IMG/VR virus record: IMGVR_UViG_3300032050_000032
DNA length: 54,716 nucleotides
Source: an uncultured virus (IMG/VR IMGVR_UViG_3300032050_000032)
Lineage: Duplodnaviria; Heunggongvirae; Uroviricota; Caudoviricetes
Reading direction: 5' to 3' (one strand)
The position numbers and the translations under genes are program-made. Position 1 is the stretch's first letter. Every line of letters starts with the position of its first letter. Below, in pieces: positions 47,024 through 54,716 of this stretch. The notes under the pieces are model-generated. The model searched no databases, was not told the origin of the DNA, and saw only the letters and a program-made list of their open reading frames with translations.

Positions 47024-47851
47024 TTATTTTAATAAACTATAGTACTTTTTGAACTTTGTGAGTCTATCCTCAAGTCCATGAGTTCCTCCATTCACCCTTT
47101 TTGTTACTTTTGTTACAACATCGTCTGATGATCCTAAATCACAGATACTCCACAACTTATTTGAATCGAAAAAGAACGCTGCAGACGCCAATGGGTACTT
47201 ATTTGCCACTAAATCAGGGGTTGTAACACAATCTTCACCAATAAACTTAGTAAAACTTACATAATTTGCCTTTCCAGTTAATTGAATGTATCCTCTTCCT
47301 CTAAATTTATACCCTTCTTTGGTTGTTTCGTCACCATTTCCCATTCTTCCACCATAAACACGGGACGCAATCTTTTCAGGTTGTTTTGCATATGACTCAG
47401 CAAGGGTTCCAGGGAAGTATTTCCCAAATGTTTTTTTTAATCCGTCAGCAGAGTAGTTTAAATTCTCCGAAACTGCCTTAAAATTACCTGATTCATGAGC
47501 ACATTGTGCTAAAAAGTGAGCCAACCTCAAATTGTTTGTGATATTAAACTTCTTTGCGGTTTCTGCAATCTGTGCAATTACCGTATCAGGAATAGTTCCT
47601 TTAAGTTTCTCAATGTTTAATCCCTCTACGGGTGTAATAACTACATTTTCTTTAACTACCTGTGGTGATTCACCAAATAATTTAGACCAAGTTGCATCGC
47701 CAACAATACCATCGTCTTTTAATCCATTTGCTTTTTGCCAAGCTTTAACTGCTGCTTCAGTTTTAGGTCCAAATTTACCTATAGTTTCTACACCTAATTT
47801 TTCTTGGAGTTTTTTTACATCGTCCCCTTCCGATCCCACTTTTAATAACAT
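47024..47851 (-). CDS. Endolysin: PG-binding domain + GH19 (chitinase-like) muramidase
   Basis: LK.GS.G.DV..LQ..L PGBD; HFLAQ..HES, FRGRG.IQLTG..NY, T..VNGG..G..DR. Confidence 0.92.
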   Translation of the reverse strand: MLLKVGSEGDDVKKLQEKLGVETIGKFGPKTEAAVKAWQKANGLKDDGIVGDATWSKLFGESPQVVKENVVITPVEGLNIEKLKGTIPDTVIAQIAETAKKFNITNNLRLAHFLAQCAHESGNFKAVSENLNYSADGLKKTFGKYFPGTLAESYAKQPEKIASRVYGGRMGNGDETTKEGYKFRGRGYIQLTGKANYVSFTKFIGEDCVTTPDLVANKYPLASAAFFFDSNKLWSICDLGSSDDVVTKVTKRVNGGTHGLEDRLTKFKKYYSLLK

Positions 47852-47861
47852 AATTTTTGTT

Positions 47862-48539
47862 TTATTGTTTATTTTCTGTTGCGTATTTAATACCCATAAT
47901 GGTTCCTACGATTGAAAAAGCGTTTGTTAAAAGAATACCAAATATATTTGACCAAGCGGCACTAATAACTTGAGTGTCTTTACCCATTACAAGTGTAAAA
48001 ACATAAACTCCAGTTGTAACAACCCCAACACCCATAATAATCCAAAGAGCAACCCTAACAATTGTTGATATTAACTCAGTTTGATTTCTTTTTTGTAATA
48101 TATCCAAGTCATTTAGGGCATTTGTTTTCGCTTCTTCAGCCTGTATTCTTGCTTTTTCAGAATTAATCATTTCTCTTTGTAGATCTTGTTGTATTTTTTC
48201 GTTTTCTTCTCTCCAATCAATTAACTCCTCATTTTGTGCTTCAATTTTTACCCTTTGTTCTTCAGTTTCTTTTAAAGTTGACTGAAGATCTTCCATCATT
48301 TTTTCGTTTTTTTCATTTAAAATTACAAGTTCCTCATTTTGTTTTTGTATTTTTTTTGTCATCTCAAGACGTTTTCTTCTTTTGTCTCCGTCTTTTGTTT
48401 CACAATCCTTTAAATACTTTTTAAAGTCCTCATCATCTTCAGTATTGATAAGTTTAGTAATATTACCTTCAAGACCTATACCTTTTTTAAGGTATAAGTC
48501 CATCAAAAGTTTTTTAGTATTACTATCTATTTTTATCAT
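47862..48539 (-). CDS. Coiled-coil protein with two C-terminal TM helices
   Basis: Long heptad region then two TMs; start overlaps the receiver stop codon. Confidence 0.75.
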   Translation of the reverse strand: MIKIDSNTKKLLMDLYLKKGIGLEGNITKLINTEDDEDFKKYLKDCETKDGDKRRKRLEMTKKIQKQNEELVILNEKNEKMMEDLQSTLKETEEQRVKIEAQNEELIDWREENEKIQQDLQREMINSEKARIQAEEAKTNALNDLDILQKRNQTELISTIVRVALWIIMGVGVVTTGVYVFTLVMGKDTQVISAAWSNIFGILLTNAFSIVGTIMGIKYATENKQ

Positions 48540-48973
48540 TTGTAAACTTTAAATGGTAAAGTTCTATTTTTATACCCATCATAGTCTTTTCTGAACTCTT
48601 CTAAACGAGGTTCAATGTCGTCAGATTTAATAATCCAAAACTGAGCACCTGCCTGAATCGCCTTTGCTTGTTCTTCAGGTTCATTACTTGATGATATTAT
48701 TCCAATAACCACATGATTACCATACTCAAAATTAATTTTTCTAATTAATTCTATACCATCAAAAGAACTACCTATAATATTTAAATCAACAAACACACAT
48801 TCAGGTTTATCATTATCGTCTCCACTTTGGAACCATTTTTGGAATAGTTTTGCAGCTTCGTCAGAACTATTTAATGCGTTTAAAGACAAACTTATGTCAA
48901 GTAATGAACAAGCGTCTTCAAATACTAAATGGAATAAATCTTCATCATCCACCAATAAAATTGAATCAATCAT
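48536..48973 (-). CDS. Stand-alone response-regulator receiver (CheY-like)
   Basis: LLVDD, FVDLN (phospho-Asp), ISSS, AGA..WI.K. Confidence 0.9.
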   Translation of the reverse strand: MIDSILLVDDEDLFHLVFEDACSLLDISLSLNALNSSDEAAKLFQKWFQSGDDNDKPECVFVDLNIIGSSFDGIELIRKINFEYGNHVVIGIISSSNEPEEQAKAIQAGAQFWIIKSDDIEPRLEEFRKDYDGYKNRTLPFKVYK

Positions 48974-48990
48974 TTTTTCTTTTTTGTTTT

Positions 48991-51114
48991 TTATTTTATT
49001 TTTATTTTCATTTTTGTTCCTATTTCATTTTTCTCACAAGTGATATTAAACCCGTGTTCCTCTAAAATTGCAACACAAATATTTAACCCCAAACCTGTAC
49101 CTGACTCTGTTTGTCCTTCCTTTCTTGTATATGGTTCACGTAGGTGATTAAAATCTTCTTGTGTAATTCCTCTACCGTTGTCTTGGATATAGATATTATT
49201 TTTATCTGAATAAATTTTAACAAACTTAGTATCTGAATCATTATACTTTAAACCATTTCTAATTAGGTTATCTACTGCAGTACAAAATAACGCCTCGTTT
49301 ACTTCTATTGTTGGTAAGTCCTCAATAATAACTTGACTACTGTATGCCGTTGATGACAAATAATCATTTAGAATGGTTTTTAAATTACATTCTGATTTAT
49401 TTAAAACAACGTCTTTTTTAACTAAATTAGTAAATTCATAAACACCTTTATATACTTTTTGAGAATGTTTTAACCCTTCTTTAATCATTCTAATAGGTGC
49501 CTCAATTTTTAATGATGTAATGTCTTCAGAACTTAATCTTCTTTCTAACGAACTCAATCCTCTTGGCATATATGTATTTATACCTGAATGCATATCGTGT
49601 CTTAATATCTTTGCTGCGTGTTCTAAATAAGTATTTTTCTTTTCAATCTCTTTCTTTTGTTCATGAGAATTAGTGATATCAGTGGCGATTTTCATAATAC
49701 GATAAATTTTACCGTCTAAACCAAGAATAGGGTTATAAGTGGCTTGTAGATACACTAAAGATCCATCTTTTTTAACTCTAGTAATTTCACCAGTAAATAA
49801 TATACCATCATTTAATTTTTTCCAAAAAAGATAATATTCCTCACTTTTTGAATGTTCCTCATCTATAAATATTCTATGGTGTTTTCCGACTATTTCATCA
49901 ATTGATGAATATCCCATAGTATTTAAAAACAAGTCGTTAGCAAAAATAATATTCCCTTCTAAATCAAACTCAATAACTGCGTTAGATTTATTTATTGCGT
50001 TCATTCTATTACGAATTTCAACTTCTTTTTTCTTAAGATCTGTAACATCTTGTCTGATTGATGAAAACCCTTCTAATTTACCATCTTTATCAAATCTTGC
50101 CCTAATATATGTATCAACATAATATAGTTCTCCTGACTTTCCTTTATTGGTAACAACATCATTCCATATTTCACCTTTCATTACTTTTTCATACATCTTA
50201 CCCCAATATCCTTCAGGTTGTAAATCAGAATTAACAATACTATGATCTTTACCTTTAACTTCATCTAACAACCAACCTGAAACTTCCTCAAATTTTTTAT
50301 TAACATATGTGATTTTACCGTATTTATCGGCAACTGAAATAATTGACGATTCGTTTAAAAAGTTTTCAGTTTCCTTATTTCTTCTTAATAAATCGTTTCC
50401 TTCTTTAACTGAATAAGCAAAAGTATAAAGGGATGATAATAATTGGGCGAAATTAACTTCAGCATTATCCCAATCTCTAAGGGTTAATGACTCAATACAA
50501 ATAACACCTATCGTTTCTCCACGGTAAACAATAGGGACATCTAACATAGATTTTACACCAAGTGGTTTTAAATATGTCTCAGTAAAACAAGAAGTTGCGG
50601 TATGTGACTCAGCATCATTTGCAATAATGATTGGGTTAATTAATAACGCCAAAAAGTACGGTTGGAAATCTTTTTTGCGTAGTGTTATATTTTGATACCA
50701 ATTATCTTCAGATTTGATATATAATTGTTCACATATTATTGCCGTTTTATCTTCATTGTATAACCATATTGAACATCTATCAGCACTTATTGATTCTGTA
50801 ACTTCTTTAGTTAGTACTTTCGCACCTTCGGTTGTATTACCCTCATAAAATAAAGGATTGTGTGACTGTGATATAAGTGTTTTATTTAATTCTTTAATAT
50901 ACTTATTATGGTTTTTACCGATTCTATTTCTTTTTACATATTCTAAAACAACAACCGCGAAAAATGGTAAAAATGCTAAAAAACAAGCGTAACCAAAATA
51001 ACCAACCTCATCAATATATTTTATAAAATTAAAAACAACTAATGATTGTGTTGTAAAAAAAGCAATCATAATGATTACCGAAATAAATAAAGATATTTTT
51101 GAAAGTTTTGTCAT
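48991..51114 (-). CDS. Sensor histidine kinase (2TM-GAF-PAS-PAS-HisKA-HATPase)
   Basis: GAF (LDVPI...GVICIE), two PAS/PAC domains, H-box RHDM, N-box NLIRNGLKY, DNGRGI, GTGLGL. Confidence 0.92.
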   Translation of the reverse strand: MTKLSKISLFISVIIMIAFFTTQSLVVFNFIKYIDEVGYFGYACFLAFLPFFAVVVLEYVKRNRIGKNHNKYIKELNKTLISQSHNPLFYEGNTTEGAKVLTKEVTESISADRCSIWLYNEDKTAIICEQLYIKSEDNWYQNITLRKKDFQPYFLALLINPIIIANDAESHTATSCFTETYLKPLGVKSMLDVPIVYRGETIGVICIESLTLRDWDNAEVNFAQLLSSLYTFAYSVKEGNDLLRRNKETENFLNESSIISVADKYGKITYVNKKFEEVSGWLLDEVKGKDHSIVNSDLQPEGYWGKMYEKVMKGEIWNDVVTNKGKSGELYYVDTYIRARFDKDGKLEGFSSIRQDVTDLKKKEVEIRNRMNAINKSNAVIEFDLEGNIIFANDLFLNTMGYSSIDEIVGKHHRIFIDEEHSKSEEYYLFWKKLNDGILFTGEITRVKKDGSLVYLQATYNPILGLDGKIYRIMKIATDITNSHEQKKEIEKKNTYLEHAAKILRHDMHSGINTYMPRGLSSLERRLSSEDITSLKIEAPIRMIKEGLKHSQKVYKGVYEFTNLVKKDVVLNKSECNLKTILNDYLSSTAYSSQVIIEDLPTIEVNEALFCTAVDNLIRNGLKYNDSDTKFVKIYSDKNNIYIQDNGRGITQEDFNHLREPYTRKEGQTESGTGLGLNICVAILEEHGFNITCEKNEIGTKMKIKIK

Positions 51115-51235
51115 ATTAATAAATATCACAATCCAACATAAATAACTATTTACTTTTCTTTCCGATATAAAATTAAGAAAACAAATACACCCACTATTAC
51201 AATAGGTGTATATATTGCGGTATAAATTTCTAAAC

Positions 51236-53485
51236 TCATCTGATTACATTTACAAAACCGTTAATACTTCTTCTTTCATCAGTGTTTACCACACCAAAGT
51301 CCGCTTTCCAAGCATACATACCTTGTTGTACAGGGAAACCATTGTATGTCCCATCCCAAGTCTCATTAGGATTGTGACACTCCCATATCATTTCTCCCCA
51401 TCTATTAAAGATGTATAAATTAAATCGGTATTCATCAATACCCGCAAAATTAAACCCCCAACCTTGATTGTATTCATTTCCATCGGGTGTAAATGTATTT
51501 GGAATAAATGATAATACATCACTCTCTACGGTTAAAATTCTTGATGTGGTATCTGAACATCCAAGATTATCAATAACCGTTAAATAAACAGGGTATTGTC
51601 CTGTAACTCCTTCAGGGAATGTAATTGTTGGACTATCATAAGTACTTACCATTGGTGATCCATTTGGTGAGTACCAATACCAATCAACAATATTAGAGTA
51701 GGATTGATCCCGCATTAACACAGTTGTTTCAAAGAAGGTAGTTGGATTTGGTGAGATGTTAAATTGTGCGGTTGGTAATGGACGAGTTTCAACAATGTCA
51801 TCAAATGTTTGAGTATAAACACACCCATAATCAGAAGTAACCGACATTGTGATATCCCAAACACCAACTGAATCATATGTGTGAGTGATATTATCCGTTA
51901 ATAATGTTGTTGTGTCAGTATTATCATCAAACATAACAAAAGTACTAACCATATTAATAGATGGTGATGAGGTATTTACAAATGTAAAGTTACCAGGAAT
52001 ACATTGTACCGTATCAATAGGTGATATGGATGGTGTAATTGGTGTTGGGTATGTTAGATAAACATTAGAGTCTATTTGACAACCGTTAACATCCTGAATT
52101 GAGATTAAATAATTACCCCCCGATAAACCATTAATTGTGTCGTTAGACGATACATTATCAATAAAATAATTATATGGTTGAGTTCCCCCATTACCAACCA
52201 TAATTATTGATCCGTCATTTTCATCACAAGTAACATTAGACTCAATGATGTTATTAAAAATTACTTGTGTTGGTTGATTTATTGTAATGGAAGAATTACC
52301 TGTACATCCATTATCATCTGTAACTAAAACATCATACACTCCTACACATAAATTTATTGCGGTTTGTGTTGTTTGTCCATTAGACCATAAATAGGTAAAA
52401 TTTGGTGTACCATTTATTGGGGTTACAGTTGCGGTTCCATCACATCCTAAATAACATAATGGTTCGGTAAATGATGTTATGGATGTTTGTATATTTGGTG
52501 GTCCAGGTAAAACAAATACAGTATCAGGTCCAAAACCACCAACAACTGAATTACAAATGTTCCAACCTGCATTACAAATGGGATAAACAAAACGACAAGT
52601 GTAGTTTGCACCTTGTGGGGGTGGTGTTACATTAATCGTTGGACCTGTACCTATTGGATTTGGGTTACCAACTTGGTACCAAGTAAGTACAGGATTAACT
52701 ACAGGTCCTGATGGTGTAAATCTAACTCCCTCATTTTGTGTTGACCATTGGTTATTATTTCTAATTGATGTTGAAACGGGTGGTTGTACTAAAACAGATT
52801 GTGTTCCATTCGCATTATGTAATCCGTGAACCGCATTACCTGAGTTCCAAGACGCACAAATTGGTTTATTTAAAATATGAGTTTCAATTATATTTGTTGT
52901 TTCATAAATTTTAATTTGACTACTATATAATTGGCTTGTACACGAAAACATAGGTACTTGATAATACGATATAACAAGTCGTCTACACGGAGCCGTCCCG
53001 TATACCGCATATTTTATAGTACCACCAATTCCAGGATTAATGTCTTGCCAAGGACCCATTATACAATTCATAGGTGCCGATCCTGAACCATTAGGGATAG
53101 GAGTTGTTATCCAAGTGGAGTTTTGTCCCGCAGAAAATCCAACCCAATTGTTTGAACCAATGTAAAAGTTGGTATATGTTTGCCCAAAATAACAAAAGTT
53201 AAATCCTATCGGAATTGAGTTAGATATTGCATCATCACCTAAAAAAACTGAGTTACCATTGGTGTATGAGTCAGGAGAGTAAGCAATGTTACTAACACCA
53301 TAATTAGTTGTTTGATTTGGGTTGATTCCACCAACACCACATTGACTTAAATCAGCAGTTAATGTTGTTGAATTGATTCCGCAAGATAATAATTGATCAT
53401 TTCCGAGATACGGACAAAATTGTGTGAAAGATAATGATGTTGTTAACACCATTAATAAAGTTAAGATTAAATTTTTCATATTCAT
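51236..53485 (-). CDS. Secreted SprB-repeat/PKD protein with gliding-motility (CHU_C, T9SS type B) C-terminal domain
   Basis: Signal peptide; C.G.CDG...GT..Y.WS.G...L..G.Y.V.VTD.NGC repeats; IPN.FTPDG..N...IFNRWG...WDG. Confidence 0.88.
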   Translation of the reverse strand: MNMKNLILTLLMVLTTSLSFTQFCPYLGNDQLLSCGINSTTLTADLSQCGVGGINPNQTTNYGVSNIAYSPDSYTNGNSVFLGDDAISNSIPIGFNFCYFGQTYTNFYIGSNNWVGFSAGQNSTWITTPIPNGSGSAPMNCIMGPWQDINPGIGGTIKYAVYGTAPCRRLVISYYQVPMFSCTSQLYSSQIKIYETTNIIETHILNKPICASWNSGNAVHGLHNANGTQSVLVQPPVSTSIRNNNQWSTQNEGVRFTPSGPVVNPVLTWYQVGNPNPIGTGPTINVTPPPQGANYTCRFVYPICNAGWNICNSVVGGFGPDTVFVLPGPPNIQTSITSFTEPLCYLGCDGTATVTPINGTPNFTYLWSNGQTTQTAINLCVGVYDVLVTDDNGCTGNSSITINQPTQVIFNNIIESNVTCDENDGSIIMVGNGGTQPYNYFIDNVSSNDTINGLSGGNYLISIQDVNGCQIDSNVYLTYPTPITPSISPIDTVQCIPGNFTFVNTSSPSINMVSTFVMFDDNTDTTTLLTDNITHTYDSVGVWDITMSVTSDYGCVYTQTFDDIVETRPLPTAQFNISPNPTTFFETTVLMRDQSYSNIVDWYWYSPNGSPMVSTYDSPTITFPEGVTGQYPVYLTVIDNLGCSDTTSRILTVESDVLSFIPNTFTPDGNEYNQGWGFNFAGIDEYRFNLYIFNRWGEMIWECHNPNETWDGTYNGFPVQQGMYAWKADFGVVNTDERRSINGFVNVIR

Positions 53486-53587
53486 GTGATAAATATTATT
53501 AAGTTTTGTTTGTTTTCTTATCTGACGAACGCCTTTTAGCAAAAGAAGCCATTGTCTTATCATTTATGGTTATTATATTTTCAATAT

Positions 53588-53860
53588 ATGAAACACCGTC
53601 TTGAAATAATACTAAATAAAGTTTTAAAAACTCATAAAGATCTTTTATATGGTATTAATAGTGAGGTAGTTGTTAATGATATTAATTGGGTTAGAAGTAA
53701 ACAATGTCATATGATTACTATCACAATTTACACTGACAATATTGAGGAATCAGTGGAATCTCACCCCGATGGTATTAACTTTATGATGGATAATGGTTGG
53801 CCAATTTTAGGTATTAAATCAAAACCAATTGTTATGTCATCACTTGATGTTAAACTTTAA
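53588..53860 (+). CDS. Hypothetical protein
   Basis: Start MKHRLE. Confidence 0.65.
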   Translation: MKHRLEIILNKVLKTHKDLLYGINSEVVVNDINWVRSKQCHMITITIYTDNIEESVESHPDGINFMMDNGWPILGIKSKPIVMSSLDVKL

Positions 53861-54441
53861 TCCCACCACCATCTCATCCTTTCTTTTAAAATTTTAAATA
53901 ATAGATTATGTGCCTTTTCTTGATTGTATTGTGCAACCCAAAAACAAAGGTCTGATTTGTTAAGTCCTGGTTTATCTTTAATTACTTTACGAATTGTGGA
54001 AGGGTACTTATATAAGAATGTGTCATCATCTTCCCATACAACATCTAACTCTAAAGATTTATATTGGGGTCTACCCTCAATATCCTCAAATCGGAATTTA
54101 GTTTCACGATAATCCAAATATTCGGTAGCATAATACTCGTTTCTAACTTTCTCAATTAAATTAAGAACTATTGTCATATCACGATTATCAATATTAATTC
54201 TGGTATGTCTATTTGATAATACAAGTTCCTTTCTTTGGAATTCAATTTTCTTTTGTAAAATATCAAAGATGAATGAGTCGTCCCAATCCCTTTGTTTCCA
54301 AATTGTTGGTGTCCATTTAATTAGATTATTACAACCTGTTAAAAATGTTTTTAACCAAAGAGGTAATTTTCTCCATATTGATTTTCTTTCCCAAGCAGAA
54401 TCTTTAGGTATTGTTAGTTTTTTGTAATTTTTCATTTTCAT
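53857..54441 (-). CDS. Conserved hypothetical phage protein (W.DRDWD ... WWD)
   Basis: Motifs typical of a widespread phage family. Confidence 0.75.
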   Translation of the reverse strand: MKMKNYKKLTIPKDSAWERKSIWRKLPLWLKTFLTGCNNLIKWTPTIWKQRDWDDSFIFDILQKKIEFQRKELVLSNRHTRINIDNRDMTIVLNLIEKVRNEYYATEYLDYRETKFRFEDIEGRPQYKSLELDVVWEDDDTFLYKYPSTIRKVIKDKPGLNKSDLCFWVAQYNQEKAHNLLFKILKERMRWWWD

Positions 54442-54619
54442 TATCTTTCCACTCTAAGTATAACGAAAATATAATTAAAAAGTTTATAAATACAGATAAA
54501 AAAATTTCAAGTAACCAATGCCAATCTGTTTGCGTTAAACTAATGTGGGTACCAAACCATACAAAAGAACCGTATCGTTGTCCAAAAACTACTATTAAAT
54601 GTTTAATAAATGAAATCAT
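54404..54619 (-). CDS. Small membrane protein
   Basis: 71-aa hydrophobic ORF in the operon direction. Confidence 0.55.
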   Translation of the reverse strand: MISFIKHLIVVFGQRYGSFVWFGTHISLTQTDWHWLLEIFLSVFINFLIIFSLYLEWKDNENEKLQKTNNT

Positions 54620-54716
54620 ATTTTTGGTGGTAGTGGTGGATCCAAAAGAAATTTATCATTAACCCACCTTCTTAATTCGTTTTCAACAAAGTATTCAGGA
54701 ACCACCTCATCGTCAG

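Noticed and set aside
1171..54662. Numerous 60-190-aa ORFs antisense to long genes (for example 4010-4348, 5018-5467, 35143-35724, 47532-47915)
   Set aside because: Fully nested opposite well-supported genes; typical antisense artefacts

Overview
An AT-rich, gene-dense segment of a large (jumbo-type) bacteriophage genome using standard genetic code 11. The host is probably in Bacteroidota, judged from TAnnTTTG promoters, a T9SS type-B sorting-signal protein and Bacteroidota-type lipoproteins. Contents: (1) a proteostasis block (Hsp20, Clp ATPase without an N-domain, M28-like peptidase, tmRNA with an atypical tag); (2) a ~840-nt GOLLD-like giant ncRNA; (3) two minus-strand tRNA arrays (9 + 17 tRNAs covering all 20 amino acids), interleaved with non-canonical tRNA-like RNAs and other structured RNAs; (4) many proteins with a shared N-terminal 'LTE/ITE..IxxII.E' leader; (5) guaC and a thioesterase; (6) a histidine kinase/receiver/membrane protein/endolysin operon; (7) an SprB/PKD/CHU_C protein. 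Main finding: each tRNA array is preceded by a short unannotated leader ORF and a terminator/antiterminator pair, and each leader's codons form a checklist of the tRNAs in its own downstream array (17/17 for array 2, all decoding classes for array 1). This points to a ribosome-coupled attenuator that senses loss of any of those tRNAs and switches on the phage replacements. All calls were made by eye; no searches or folding programs were run.
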